Positions 26,351 through 36,571 are shown, counted from the stretch's first letter. The stretch is DNA of 64,000 bases from Gemmatimonadota bacterium (GCA_003222135.1 QHUM01000047.1:272-64271); one strand, 5' to 3'. Notes: a model not told the origin generated them from the sequence alone. Made by a program: numbers and translations.

Positions 26351-28236
26351 GCGCCGCCGGTGAGTCCGCGTTTCACCTTCGACCAGAATGACTCGCCCTC
26401 GACTTCGGGCTCGGCGGCACGCGGTTCCGGGGGAGGGGGAGCCGACGGGGACGACTCGGGCGGCCGCGGGGCCGCCCGGAACGCGGGCGCCTGCTGGTCG
26501 GTACCGCGCTCGTCAGCAGCCGGGCGTTCGCGTCCACCCCGGCCCCGACCACCTCTGCGACCGCGACCACCGCGCTCACCGCGCTCCCCTCCCCGATCAC
26601 CCCGATTTGCATCGTCGCCTCGCGGACCGCCCCCCGCGCCCCCCCCACCGCCACCACCGCCACCACCGCCACCACGCCGACCGCGCCCACCCTGCCCTCC
26701 GCCGCGGCCGCCGCGCTCACGGCGATTCTCCTCCGTCGGCGCCCTGGGCGGCTCGGCTTCCGAGGCGGGGGGCTCGAGGGCGGGGGTGGGGGTGGGGGTG
26801 GGGGTGCGCGTCGGCACCAGTTCGACGCGCGGCTTGAAGTTCGGGTCCATCTCCACGACGCCGATCTGCTGGATCTCCGGGGGCGGCGCGCGGTGTGCCC
26901 CGCGGGAGCCGCGCCGGAACCGGGCGCCGCGCGATGGCACCCCTCCTCCCGCGGGCGGCTGCGCCGGTCGCATCGACGGTGGCGCCGACGACGCCGGCAT
27001 TGGCGGGTCGTTCGCCTCGTCTATGTCGGCCGCGCCGATTGGCTCGGGGGCCGGCACGCCGCGTGTCTCCTCCCGCAACTTCACGGCGTAGGCTCCGTCG
27101 TCCTCCTTGGAGAGATCGATGATCTCGGCCTCTTGCGCCTGCTGCAGCAGCTTGGGGAAGCGCTCCGGGTCGAGCGGCTCGGCCTCCGCGCCTTTGAGCT
27201 CGACCATGGTGTCACGCAGCTGCTCCGCGCTGACGGGCTTTTCGCCGCCCCCGAGCCGTGAGAGGGCCTGCTTCAGGAGGCCGTACGCCTCGCCGAGGGA
27301 GAACCCTCCGCCTTCCGCCCGCTCGCCGCGCTCGCCGCCGGCACCACGGCGGCCGCGGCCTTCCTCCGATCGCCGGCGCGACCCACCCCGGTGCGACCGC
27401 TCGTCGCCATCGCGCGCCAGCTCGACGCCGGGAAAGGCCGGCTGCGCCGCAGCGCCGGGGACGCCTGCGCCGAGCGCGATCTCGTACTGCCCGTTGTCCA
27501 GCTTGGTGAGGTGGATGAGACCCTTGTGGGCCGCCTCCACCACGAACTTCGAGAAGCGCGAGAACCCTGCATCCTTCTCGTCGAACGTGGGGTCGATCTC
27601 CTGCATGACCTGCTTCAGGCGGTCGGAGCGCATGACGTCGTTGTGCGCCGTCATCTGCTTCACCGCCTCGACCACGAGCTCCCAGGGATCGCGGCGCACG
27701 TAGGTGACGTCGCTCTCCTTGGTGAATCCCGCGAGCTCGTTGTACGAGTAGTACTCGTCGCAGTTCTGAATCAACAAGTCGCTCGACGACTCGCGGATCC
27801 CCACCCCGATCACGTATTTGCCGTATTCCTTGAGCTTGAGCACCAAGGCCGAGAAGTCCGAGTCCCCGGACAGGAGGATGAACGTCCCGATCTCGGGGCG
27901 GGTGAAGACGAGCTCCAGCGCGTCGATCGCCAGCCGGATGTCGGTCGCGTTCTTCTTGTTCGAGCCGTAGGCCGGCGCGAAGATGAGGTCGATCGAGGAT
28001 TCCGCCAGCGGAACGACGTACTGCTGATAGCGCCGCCAATCGGCGTAGGCGCGCTGCACGGCCACTTTCCCGCGGATGATGTCGGACTGGAGAAGCCGCT
28101 TGAGCTCCGTCTGCAGGTCCGAGCGGATCGCCATCGTCACATTGTCGAAGTCGATCAGCAGGGCCGCGTTGGGCGCGTGGGCGGGGGGTTCGTGGTGAAC
28201 CGGTCGTGGTAAATGGGCTTGCGGCTGCGGTGTCAT
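26347..28236 (-). CDS. NYN (LabA/DUF88) RNase domain + OST-HTH/LOTUS domains + RGG-rich disordered tail
   Basis: [27 protein letters not shown]; [17 protein letters not shown] (LOTUS); RGG/PT repeats. Confidence 0.9.
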   Translation of the reverse strand: MTPQPQAHLPRPVHHEPPAHAPNAALLIDFDNVTMAIRSDLQTELKRLLQSDIIRGKVAVQRAYADWRRYQQYVVPLAESSIDLIFAPAYGSNKKNATDIRLAIDALELVFTRPEIGTFILLSGDSDFSALVLKLKEYGKYVIGVGIRESSSDLLIQNCDEYYSYNELAGFTKESDVTYVRRDPWELVVEAVKQMTAHNDVMRSDRLKQVMQEIDPTFDEKDAGFSRFSKFVVEAAHKGLIHLTKLDNGQYEIALGAGVPGAAAQPAFPGVELARDGDERSHRGGSRRRSEEGRGRRGAGGERGERAEGGGFSLGEAYGLLKQALSRLGGGEKPVSAEQLRDTMVELKGAEAEPLDPERFPKLLQQAQEAEIIDLSKEDDGAYAVKLREETRGVPAPEPIGAADIDEANDPPMPASSAPPSMRPAQPPAGGGVPSRGARFRRGSRGAHRAPPPEIQQIGVVEMDPNFKPRVELVPTRTPTPTPTPALEPPASEAEPPRAPTEENRRERGGRGGGQGGRGRRGGGGGGGGGGGGAGGGPRGDDANRGDRGGERGERGGRGRRGGRGRGGRERPAADERGTDQQAPAFRAAPRPPESSPSAPPPPEPRAAEPEVEGESFWSKVKRGLTGGA

Positions 28237-28589
28237 GTGGTTGCACTCAGTTCCAGGCCGATGACCTGCGTGAGCTCCCGTCGCTTCACCTTGCCGCTGC
28301 CGGTCAGCGGGAAGGCGTCGAAGAGGCGCACCAGGTCCGGCACTTTGTAGGATCCCTCCGTGGGCACGACGCAGGCGCGGATCAGCTCTCCCAACGTTGC
28401 GTTGGGGATGCCGACGACGCAGACGTCGCCCACGGCAGGGTGCGTCCGGAGGAGGTCCTCCAGCTCGCGTGGATAGTACTTGAGCTCGTGTGTGCTCAAC
28501 GAGGTGGCACTCTCGGTGGGGTGCGTCTTCGCGTGCTCGGCGAAGAGCGCCGCCAGATGATCTGTCGCCACGTCTACGACTTCCCCCAC
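28233..28589 (-). pseudogene. Internally deleted acyl-CoA ligase (AMP-binding) remnant, still in frame
   Basis: Short ANL-like N-terminus joined to [21 protein letters not shown], then [13 protein letters not shown]; about 400 aa core absent. Confidence 0.7.
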
Positions 28590-28656
28590 AACGTTCAGAG
28601 TCTTTGAAAATAAACAACTTGCACACGAAGGGCCACTGGCCCGCGACTATCCAGGG

Positions 28657-28702
28657 TTGACAGCGCCGGTCGCTTGTATCACTGTATCGTAACAATGGTA
28701 CA
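28657..28702 (+). promoter_or_regulatory. TTGACA -35 plus YtrA-type operator palindrome TGTATCACTGT-N6-ACAATGGTACA
   Basis: Perfect -35 at 28657; 11-6-11 imperfect inverted repeat 28675-28702 just upstream of the GntR gene. Confidence 0.75.
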
Positions 28703-28713
28703 CATGCAACGCC

Positions 28714-29094
28714 GTGTTCGAACAGCTCGATCCCCGTAGTCCCAACCCGCTGTACGCTCAAATCGCGAACCGCTTGCGGGTCGCGATCGCGGCGGGCGAG
28801 CTCCGCCCTGGCGCGGCGCTCCCCTCGGTACGGCACCTCGCCGGAGAGCTGCGCGTGAACCCGGCAACCGTGGTTCAGGCCTATCGCGACCTGGAGAGCG
28901 AAGGGTTCGTCGAGATGCGCCAGGGCGCAGGGACGTTCGTGCGCGAGGTCCCGCCCGAAGGCCGGGCGCGCGAGCGCGCCCGGCAGGCCACTACGCTGGT
29001 GCGCCAGATGCTGGGCGAAGCGGGACGACTCGGCGTGTCCCTGGCCGAGCTGCAAGCGGCGATCGCGGAAGAGATCGGAGTGGGAACGGCATGA
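28714..29094 (+). CDS. GntR family (YtrA subfamily) regulator
   Basis: PLYAQI, LPSVRHLA..L.VNPATV..AYRDLE..G; short C-domain; precedes an ABC ATPase. Confidence 0.95.
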   Translation: MFEQLDPRSPNPLYAQIANRLRVAIAAGELRPGAALPSVRHLAGELRVNPATVVQAYRDLESEGFVEMRQGAGTFVREVPPEGRARERARQATTLVRQMLGEAGRLGVSLAELQAAIAEEIGVGTA

Positions 29095-29987
29095 CCAACG
29101 CCATCGAAATTCGACAGCTGCACTATCGCGCGGGCAGGGCATTCGAGCTCAAACAGCTGGACCTGAACGTCCCGTCCGGGGCCATCTATGGATTCCTTGG
29201 CCCCAACGGCTCCGGCAAGACGACCACGATCCGGCTCGTGCTGGGGCTGCTGCGACCCCTCGCCGGCCGCATCACCGTGCTGGGCGACCAGATCCCCGAC
29301 GCCGCGCCGCGCGTGCTGGCCCGCGTGGGGTACGTGCCGGAGCACCCGCACCTGGACCCCACGCTCACGGTCCGAGAGACGCTGCGCTTTCAGGCAGCGT
29401 TCTACCCGAGCTGGGACTGGCCTTGTGCACAACGGCTGCGACGCGAGTTCGAGTTGGATGAGGGGGCGACGTTCGGCCGATTGTCGAAAGGGCAAAAGGG
29501 GAAACTGATGTCCCTGCTCGCGCTGGCGCAGCGACCGGACCTGCTGGTGTTGGACGAGCCGACCGACGGACTCGACCCGGTGGTGCGACGGGACGTGCTG
29601 TCGGCGCTGCTCGATTACGTCTCACAGCGGCAGGCGACTGTCTTCATCTCCAGTCACCTGGTCCACGAGCTCGAGCGCATCTGCGACTGGATCGGCGTCA
29701 TGGACAATGGCCGCCTCATCACCGAGGTGCCGATGCAGCGCTTCAAGAACGGCATCAAGCGGCTGCGCGTCGCGGGCGCTCCCCCGACGGCCGCCGGTGC
29801 GCCGTTCATGATCCTCGCGCGCGAGCAGGCCAACGGCGGGGCGGAAACCTGGGTGGTGCGCGATTGGGAGCCGGAAATGGCGGCGTATTTCGCGACGATC
29901 GGCGCCGCCCTGAACGACGTGATCGACCTGGATCTCGAGGAAGGGTTCGTGGAGCTGCTGCGCACCTTCCGAGGTCCGCCCAGTTAA
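29091..29987 (+). CDS. ABC transporter ATP-binding protein (YtrB-like)
   Basis: GPNGSGKT, LSKGQ, LLVLDEP, SSH. Confidence 0.95.
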   Translation: MTNAIEIRQLHYRAGRAFELKQLDLNVPSGAIYGFLGPNGSGKTTTIRLVLGLLRPLAGRITVLGDQIPDAAPRVLARVGYVPEHPHLDPTLTVRETLRFQAAFYPSWDWPCAQRLRREFELDEGATFGRLSKGQKGKLMSLLALAQRPDLLVLDEPTDGLDPVVRRDVLSALLDYVSQRQATVFISSHLVHELERICDWIGVMDNGRLITEVPMQRFKNGIKRLRVAGAPPTAAGAPFMILAREQANGGAETWVVRDWEPEMAAYFATIGAALNDVIDLDLEEGFVELLRTFRGPPS

Positions 29988-29997
29988 GGAGGACGCC

Positions 29998-30654
29998 ATG
30001 TTCCACGTCGTGCTGTACAGTCAATGGAAGTGGTCCCGGCTGATCATCGCGCTCGGCAGCGTAGCGGCGTTCGCGCTGCCGCTCGTGTCCGTACAGGGCG
30101 CGGCGCGCCCCGACACGAGTCCGTTGCAGGCGGCCGAGCTGCTGCAGTCCGTGCAGTCCTGGGGGACGCTCTACCCCGTGCTCGCCGCCGCACTCGGACT
30201 GCTCGTCGCGATCGCCACCTGGGCTCCCGACCATCGCGGGCGCCACGTGCACGCGCTGTCGCTCCCGCTGCCGCGCTGGCGCTATGTCCTGCTGCGGTTC
30301 GGTGGCGGGGCGACGCTGCTCGCCGCACCCGTCATCGCCGTGGCGGCGAGTGCGCTGCTCGCCACCTGGAGCGCCACGATCCCCGCGGGGCTGCAGGGAT
30401 ACCCCGTAGCGCTCGCCATCCGCTTCGCCCTCGCCGTTCTCGTCGCGTACGCCGTGTTCTTCGCGGTCTCGGCCGGCACGGCACGCACCGCCGGGATCAT
30501 CCTCGGGCTCATCGGAGGCGTCATTCTCGTGCAGATCGTCGCCGGGGTCGCGAATATCGATCTCGATCTGTTCGGCAAGGTGCAGGTCGCGGTCCTCAAT
30601 TGGCCCGGGCCGCTCGCGATTTTCACCGGGCGCTGGATGCTGATCGATGTGTAG
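29998..30654 (+). CDS. ABC permease-like membrane protein
   Basis: About 6 TM, LSLPLPRWRY motif; AAGGAGG RBS. Confidence 0.8.
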   Translation: MFHVVLYSQWKWSRLIIALGSVAAFALPLVSVQGAARPDTSPLQAAELLQSVQSWGTLYPVLAAALGLLVAIATWAPDHRGRHVHALSLPLPRWRYVLLRFGGGATLLAAPVIAVAASALLATWSATIPAGLQGYPVALAIRFALAVLVAYAVFFAVSAGTARTAGIILGLIGGVILVQIVAGVANIDLDLFGKVQVAVLNWPGPLAIFTGRWMLIDV

Positions 30655-31828
30655 CCCGCTGGTGAAAAACGATCGAGTACGGTGCCGTCATTCCCACGCT
30701 AAAGCGTGGGCTCGGCAAGGCACTGTGCTGAAGCACACAACGTGTCTGTGCCTCCTCACGGTAATGATGGCCATGACACCCGGCAGACTGGCGAGCCAGA
30801 GCGTCGAGCGGCTCCAGGTCCGCGCGGATAGTCTCCTGCGCGAGTGGCGCCGCGCGAACGCCCTGGCGGACATGGTCGACAGCCTCAACCACGCGCGGGC
30901 GGGGGGCACGGACACGATCAGCGTGGGCGCGCTGCGGATCGTCACGATCCCGTCCCCTGCGCGGTTGCGGGAAGCCGCGGCCCGCGCCTGGCCGGTGATC
31001 GACAGCCTGTACGGCAGCGAGGCCCGGCAGCTCGAGCAGCGCCCCTATCTCATCGCGCCGTACGACCCCGACACCACGAGCCCGAAGCCGACGCTGCGCG
31101 GTGCGACCCAAGTGCCCTGGGACAAAGACGTCGCGTCGCTCGCCATGATGCTGCTGATGAACGTGCCGATCGGCCGGCCCGACTCAGCGTTGCAGAACTG
31201 GCTGGGAGGGCCGGTGGCGCCGATCGTTCATCCGGTGCAAGCGCGCGCCGCGGTCTACGTGCAGCTCGTGACGGCTCCCTCCCAGCCGGCTCGCAACTGC
31301 TTCCTCGGCGTGATGAACGACTGCCGCACCGCGCTCACGCTCGGCCAGTCGCCCGACCCGGTGGACCAGTGGCACCCAAGCGCCGCCGAGCGCCGCGCCT
31401 TGGTCTCGAGGTCATTCGCGGAGTATTTCAGCTATTCCGATCACGGCGCGCGCAAGCCGGCGCTGCAGTCGTGCCGGGCCGGCAGCGATTCGGCCTGTAC
31501 CGAGCTACTGCGATCGCTGCCCGCGGGAGTGCTGCCACGCCCGCTGACCTACGACGCCCGCGCGGCACTGGTGCACGTCGCGTTGCGGCTCGGTGGCCGG
31601 GAGGCATATCACCGCCTGGTCGCGACACCGGGCACCCCGATCGCCGACCGCCTCGCCGCCGCGGCGGGCGTGAGCGTCGATAGCGTCGTCGCGCTGTGGC
31701 GGTCGGAAATCCTCACCGCCCGCCCGGCGCCCGTCACCGTACCGCCTTGGGGGCCGTGGGCCGCGCTCGGGTGGACGGCCGTCTTCGCGGTTTGCGCCCT
31801 GCGGAGCTCGCGATGGCGCGTGAGCTGA
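30647..31828 (+). CDS. Cys-containing exported protein with C-terminal TM (start uncertain)
   Basis: Signal-like segment, two C-x7-C motifs, C-terminal TM followed by RSSRWR. Confidence 0.7.
   Translation: MCSPLVKNDRVRCRHSHAKAWARQGTVLKHTTCLCLLTVMMAMTPGRLASQSVERLQVRADSLLREWRRANALADMVDSLNHARAGGTDTISVGALRIVTIPSPARLREAAARAWPVIDSLYGSEARQLEQRPYLIAPYDPDTTSPKPTLRGATQVPWDKDVASLAMMLLMNVPIGRPDSALQNWLGGPVAPIVHPVQARAAVYVQLVTAPSQPARNCFLGVMNDCRTALTLGQSPDPVDQWHPSAAERRALVSRSFAEYFSYSDHGARKPALQSCRAGSDSACTELLRSLPAGVLPRPLTYDARAALVHVALRLGGREAYHRLVATPGTPIADRLAAAAGVSVDSVVALWRSEILTARPAPVTVPPWGPWAALGWTAVFAVCALRSSRWRVS
30693..30710. repeat. REP-like palindrome CCCACGCTAAAGCGTGGG
   Basis: 8-bp arms around AA, inside a lower-GC patch. 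Confidence 0.6.
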
Positions 31829-32994
31829 GGTGGTGGCTGGCGGCCGTGCTGCTCGCGTGCGGCGCCGTGGCAGTGGCGTACCTGCCACCGCGCGGTGCGG
31901 CGCGTCAGGCCGGGTTGGGCGACGCGCCGATCCGACAGACTCCGGCACGCCTGCGTGCACAGGCGCTCGCCGCCCAGTGGCGTGTGGCAAACCTGGCGCT
32001 GCGGCTCCCAGAGTATCGCAAGCGACTCCAGCCCGAATTGCTGCGACGGCGCGAGAGAGACGAGCCTGGTCCGGCGCTGCTAATCGAGTCATCCGAGTCG
32101 CTCGCACCGCTCGTCCGCGAACGGGTGAGACCCGTTCTGGATGAGGTCTCGCGCCAGTTGGGGCTCGGCGTGACGAAGGTGTCGGTGGGTCTGGTCGTCG
32201 ACCCGCGGCGCTACGTTTCTGCCAAAGCCGCCGCAACGCCGAGCCAGGACTTTGCGTCTCCGGCCTACCTGTTTCCCGATTCGAGCGATCGGACGACGTG
32301 CGTGGCTCTGATTCCGGCCTGGGAGTGGACCCGCACGCTCGCAGGCATGGTCCCGGCGCGAATCGAAGACTGGATCCGGACCGGCCTCGGGCCGTGCGCT
32401 TTCTACGCGGTCTACGGAGCGCCAGGCAAGGAAGTGCGGCACTGGTTGGCCAAGCGCGGCTACGACCTGGCCCGCGTCCCCTTCTGGGACCGAGAGCGGC
32501 CCGAGCGACCTCAAGACTCTTTCGTGATGTACCAGAACGGGACACGCTGGTGGTGGAGGAGCGTTTATCAGTTTCCGGTCACGGCCATCGGCTGCATGGC
32601 CGGACGAACAACAAGCTGCCGGGCCGCCGTGCTCTCCGGTGCCGCGGAATGGACCGGAGACTCCCTGCCCCGATTTCTCGAGAGCGATCCCCGAGCGTGG
32701 TGGCGGGGGCAACGCCTCCTTTACAGCGATCGCTACCTGGCGGACGTGGTACGGGAGGTGGGCCACGATCGCTTCCTGCGGTTCTGGAATTCGCCCGACC
32801 CGGTCGACACCGCCCTCGCCGCCGCGCTCAAGATGCCGGTCGGCGAGTGGACCGAGCGCTGGCAACGCCGCTTCGTGCCGCGCCTCCCGCTCGGGCCGGC
32901 GGCACCGCTCAGCGCCACGGTGCTCGGCCTGCTGCTGGGCGGGGCAGCCGTGGTCGTGGTGGCGTTGGGCGCGACCCGCCGTCAGGTCGGATGA
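31813..32994 (+). CDS. Cys-containing membrane-anchored protein
   Basis: N- and C-terminal TMs, C-x7-C motif, overlaps the upstream gene. Confidence 0.75.
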   Translation: MARELRWWLAAVLLACGAVAVAYLPPRGAARQAGLGDAPIRQTPARLRAQALAAQWRVANLALRLPEYRKRLQPELLRRRERDEPGPALLIESSESLAPLVRERVRPVLDEVSRQLGLGVTKVSVGLVVDPRRYVSAKAAATPSQDFASPAYLFPDSSDRTTCVALIPAWEWTRTLAGMVPARIEDWIRTGLGPCAFYAVYGAPGKEVRHWLAKRGYDLARVPFWDRERPERPQDSFVMYQNGTRWWWRSVYQFPVTAIGCMAGRTTSCRAAVLSGAAEWTGDSLPRFLESDPRAWWRGQRLLYSDRYLADVVREVGHDRFLRFWNSPDPVDTALAAALKMPVGEWTERWQRRFVPRLPLGPAAPLSATVLGLLLGGAAVVVVALGATRRQVG

Positions 32995-33443
32995 ACCTGC
33001 GCCTGGCCGCAGCCGTCGCGTGCGCGCTCGGGTTGCTCATGCCGACGCCCGCTCGCGGCCAGGGGGACCGGTGGGAGCGTCAGGTGCGCGGGCAGCTCAC
33101 GCGGGCCACAGCCACACTCGGTGCGAAGGGAGCCGTACGGTCCCTCGCTGCACATGTCGGCTCGCTCGACACCGACGAGTCGGAGTCGCTCACACTCACG
33201 CTCCAGGCCGGGGTCTCCTACGTCGTCGTGGGCACGTGCGACGAGGATTGCGAGCGGCTCGGTCTCGTACTGTCCGACCTCTCGAGCCACGACCTGGCAG
33301 CCGACCGTGCGAGCGAAAACGCGCCGGTGATCCGGGTGACGCCCCGCCAGACGGCGCCGTACCGCGTGAAGGTCGTGATGGAGCGGTGCCGCATGCATCC
33401 GTGTCGCTTCGGCGTCGCCCTGATCACTCTCCCAGCACCTTGA
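32991..33443 (+). CDS. Secreted small beta-sandwich (PPC-like) protein
   Basis: Signal peptide, GTCDEDC and C..PC motifs; ATGA overlap. Confidence 0.7.
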   Translation: MNLRLAAAVACALGLLMPTPARGQGDRWERQVRGQLTRATATLGAKGAVRSLAAHVGSLDTDESESLTLTLQAGVSYVVVGTCDEDCERLGLVLSDLSSHDLAADRASENAPVIRVTPRQTAPYRVKVVMERCRMHPCRFGVALITLPAP

Positions 33444-33843
33444 TGATCACCCGCTTCTTGCGCTGGCCGTCCCACTCGCCGTAGAACACGCGCTGCCAGG
33501 GACCGAGATCGACCTTTCCCGCCGTGATGGGCACGATCACTTCGTGACCGATCGTCAGGCTCCGGAGGTGGGCCGCCGCGTTGTCCTCGCCGGTCTCGTT
33601 GTGCCGATAGCGACCCGGGTCCCATGGCGCGATCGTCTCCTCGAGCCACTTCAGGATGTCCGCCCACAGGCCTGATTCCTGGTCGTTCACGAACACCGAG
33701 GCGGTAATATGCATGGCGCTCACCAGGACGAGCCCTTCCTGGACGCCGCTCGCGCGCACCTGTTCGGCCACCTCATCGGTGACGTCGATGATCTCCTGGC
33801 GCTGCTTGGTATTGAACCAGAGGTAGTGCGTGTGGGACTTCAT
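33424..33843 (-). CDS. yjbQ: YjbQ/UPF0047 family protein
   Basis: HITAS, YRHN..EDNAAAH, LGPWQRVFYGEWDG. Confidence 0.95.
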   Translation of the reverse strand: MKSHTHYLWFNTKQRQEIIDVTDEVAEQVRASGVQEGLVLVSAMHITASVFVNDQESGLWADILKWLEETIAPWDPGRYRHNETGEDNAAAHLRSLTIGHEVIVPITAGKVDLGPWQRVFYGEWDGQRKKRVIIKVLGE

Positions 33844-33865
33844 CTGAACCCCCGAGCGTGTCGAA

Positions 33866-33894
33866 TTGTCACACGGGTGCCGAACACCTAGATT
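33866..33894 (+). promoter_or_regulatory. Putative sigma70 promoter TTGTCA-17-TAGATT (near-leaderless kinase mRNA)
   Basis: Hexamers 12 nt upstream of ATG 33907. Confidence 0.5.
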
Positions 33895-33906
33895 GCCCCG
33901 TCAAAT

Positions 33907-35100
33907 ATGGCGCTCCCGTTCCGCCAACGGATCTTCCTCGTTCTTGTAGCGCTCACCGCCGTGCCGACCGCGCTCGCGGTGGTAGGGTGGGCGCTCGCGG
34001 TGCGCACGGTAGGCCCGTCGGCGGGCGCGCGCGTCGGGTGGGAAGAGGTCGCGGCCTCGGCGCGCGACATGGTCGACCGGATCGACACGACGCGGCTCGC
34101 GCCGCGCGAGCGGGCGGCAGTGCGGCGGCTGCTGGAGCAGGTGTCGACCGAAGTGACGCTGTCACGCCGCGCCGAGACGTACCTGCGCTACTACGCCGGC
34201 GCGTTCGCGGGCGTGGTGGTGGTGCTGGGGGCGGTGGTCGTATTCGCGGGCGTGCGGCTCGCCGGACATCTGTCGCGGCAGTTGTCGCGGCCGATCGACG
34301 AGCTGGTCGGCTGGACGCGACTGATTCGCCGCCGCATGCCCCTCCCGGCGGGTCCGCCCACTCATGGGGCCCCCGAGTTTGAGGCACTGCGCCAGGCGTT
34401 GCGCGAGCTGGCGACGGCGCTCGACCAGGCGCGCGAGCAGGAGCTCGAGGCCGAACGGCTGCGCGCGTTCCGCGAAGTCGCGCGGCGCGTGGCGCACGAA
34501 ATCAAGAATCCACTGACGGCGATGCGGATCGCGGTCGATCAGCTGCGCCGCTCGAGTGCGCAGGCAGCGGGACCGACGGCGGTGGCGGTGGACGTGCTCT
34601 CCGCCGAAACCGACCGGCTCGACCGCCTGGCGAAGGAGTTCGCCGAGTTCGGCCGGTTGCCCGAGGGGCCGAAGAGCGAAGTGGATCTCGTGGACTTGCT
34701 CGTCGATCTGAGCAAGAGCGCCGTGCCGCCCGAGGTCGCGGTGACCGTCCGCGCCAACGGCGCCCCGCGTACGATGCTCGGCCAGTACGACCCGCTGCGG
34801 CGCGCCTTCGCGAACCTGCTCCGCAACGCAGCCGAGGCGATGGGGGGCCGCGGCTCGATCGACGTCGCCGTGGCGAACGACGGCCGGGGCCTGCTCGTGA
34901 CGATCGCCGACCACGGGTGCGGCATCCCGGAGGAGCTGCGGCCGCGGGTGTTCGAGCCGTACTTCACGACCAAGCAGGACGGCACCGGCCTTGGTCTCGC
35001 GCTGGTGCGGCAGACGATCGAGGCCCACCAGGGCACGATCCACGTGTCGGAGACGCCGGGCGGCGGCGCCACGTTCTCCATCGTCCTGGCGACCGCATGA
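33907..35100 (+). CDS. Membrane sensor histidine kinase (NtrY-like)
   Basis: 2 TM, HAMP, ARRVAHEIKNPLT, NLLRNA, DHGCG, GTGLGL. Confidence 0.93.
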   Translation: MALPFRQRIFLVLVALTAVPTALAVVGWALAVRTVGPSAGARVGWEEVAASARDMVDRIDTTRLAPRERAAVRRLLEQVSTEVTLSRRAETYLRYYAGAFAGVVVVLGAVVVFAGVRLAGHLSRQLSRPIDELVGWTRLIRRRMPLPAGPPTHGAPEFEALRQALRELATALDQAREQELEAERLRAFREVARRVAHEIKNPLTAMRIAVDQLRRSSAQAAGPTAVAVDVLSAETDRLDRLAKEFAEFGRLPEGPKSEVDLVDLLVDLSKSAVPPEVAVTVRANGAPRTMLGQYDPLRRAFANLLRNAAEAMGGRGSIDVAVANDGRGLLVTIADHGCGIPEELRPRVFEPYFTTKQDGTGLGLALVRQTIEAHQGTIHVSETPGGGATFSIVLATA

Positions 35101-36476
35101 GCCCGCGCATCCTGCTGGTGGACGACGAGACCAACATCCGCAAAATGGTGGGCGCGCTGCTGCAGTCGGAGGGCTTCGAGACCGCCGAGGCCGCGAACGG
35201 GACCGCGGCGATCGCGGCAGTCGAGCGGGAGACGCCCGACGCGGTGCTGCTCGACCTGATGATGCCGGGCGGTCCCGACGGCCTCGCGACGCTGGAGCAG
35301 CTCAAACGCAGCGCCCCGGATCTGCCCGTGGTGATGATGAGCGGTAAGGCGAACCTCACCGACGCGGTGCGCGCCACCAAGCTGGGCGCGTTCCAGTTCC
35401 TCGAGAAGCCGCTCACCCCCGAGGGCGTGCTCACGACCCTGCGGGCCGCGCTCGAGCTGTCGCGCACGCTCGCCGAGAACCGGCGCCTGCACGAAGCGTT
35501 GGGTCATGCCGATCCCCTCGTGGGCGTGAGCGCCGCCATGGACGAGCTGCGCGCCCTGATCGCTCGCGTCGCCCCCACCGAGGCACGGGTGCTGATCACC
35601 GGCGAGTCGGGGACCGGCAAGGAGCTCGTGGCTTCAGCCATCCACCGCCAGAGCGCGCGTGCGGCGCAGCGGTTCGTGTGTGTGAACAGCGCCGCCATCC
35701 CGAAGGATCTCGTGGAATCCGAGATGTTCGGGCACGAACGCGGCGCCTTCACGGGCGCCACCGAGCGACGCGTGGGCCGCTTCGAGCTGGCGGACGGTGG
35801 CACGCTCTTCTTGGACGAGGTCGGCGACCTGAGCCTCGAGGCCCAGGCGAAGCTGCTGCGCGTGCTCGAGACCGGCGTGATCGAGCGGCTCGGTGGCGAG
35901 CGACCGGTCACGGTGGATGTCCGCGTGATCGCGGCGACCAACAAGGACCTGACCAAAGCGGCCCAGCAGGGGCTGTTCCGCGAGGACCTCTTGTTTCGGC
36001 TCAACGTGCTGCCCCTGCACATTCTCCCGCTGCGGGAGCGGGCGGAGGACGTCCCGCCGCTGGTACAGCATTTCGCAGCGCGCCAATCCGGCCGTCTGGG
36101 ACGGCCGGTGCGCCTCGACGCCGGCGCCGTGCAGCTGCTCACGGCGTACGCCTGGCCGGGGAACGTGCGCGAACTGGCGAACCTGGTCGAGCGTCTCGCG
36201 ATCCTGGCGACGGGCGCGTCAATCACCGCGGACGATGTGGCGCGCGTCGTGCCGCAGGACGGCGCGGCGCGGCCCAGCGCGGGGACGGACGACTGGACCG
36301 ACGTGGCGCTCGCCGGGGCGCTCGACAACTTCGAGCGCACCTTGATCGCCCGCGCTTTGTCTGCCGCGCGCGGCAACGTCGCCGAAGCCGCCCGCCGGCT
36401 CGCCACCGATCGCGCCAACCTGTACCGGCGGATGCGACGGCTCGGGCTCGAGCCTCCCCGCAACGTGGCGGGATGA
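35097..36476 (+). CDS. sigma54-dependent response regulator (NtrX/NtrC-like)
   Basis: REC domain, [27 protein letters not shown], Fis HTH. Confidence 0.95.
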   Translation: MSPRILLVDDETNIRKMVGALLQSEGFETAEAANGTAAIAAVERETPDAVLLDLMMPGGPDGLATLEQLKRSAPDLPVVMMSGKANLTDAVRATKLGAFQFLEKPLTPEGVLTTLRAALELSRTLAENRRLHEALGHADPLVGVSAAMDELRALIARVAPTEARVLITGESGTGKELVASAIHRQSARAAQRFVCVNSAAIPKDLVESEMFGHERGAFTGATERRVGRFELADGGTLFLDEVGDLSLEAQAKLLRVLETGVIERLGGERPVTVDVRVIAATNKDLTKAAQQGLFREDLLFRLNVLPLHILPLRERAEDVPPLVQHFAARQSGRLGRPVRLDAGAVQLLTAYAWPGNVRELANLVERLAILATGASITADDVARVVPQDGAARPSAGTDDWTDVALAGALDNFERTLIARALSAARGNVAEAARRLATDRANLYRRMRRLGLEPPRNVAG

Positions 36477-36521
36477 CACGCTTCCGAGCCTCGCGGCGCG
36501 CCGCCGAGCACGGCCGGAAGG

Positions 36522-36537
36522 CGGCACGGCCCATGCA
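36522..36537 (+). promoter_or_regulatory. sigma54 -24/-12 promoter CGGCACGGCCCATGCA
   Basis: GG-N10-GC with GGCACG and TGCA, 35 nt upstream of ATG 36572. Confidence 0.6.
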
Positions 36538-36571
36538 CCTGCCGTCGGCGCCCCCAACCGAGGCCCCGCCC

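Noticed and set aside
26630-26805. C-rich and (GGGGGT)n tracts as G-quadruplex or VNTR
   Set aside because: Explained by poly-Gly and Thr-Pro codons of the NYN tail
28608-28622. IHF-like site AATAAACAACTTG
   Set aside because: One mismatch to a short degenerate consensus; not supportable alone
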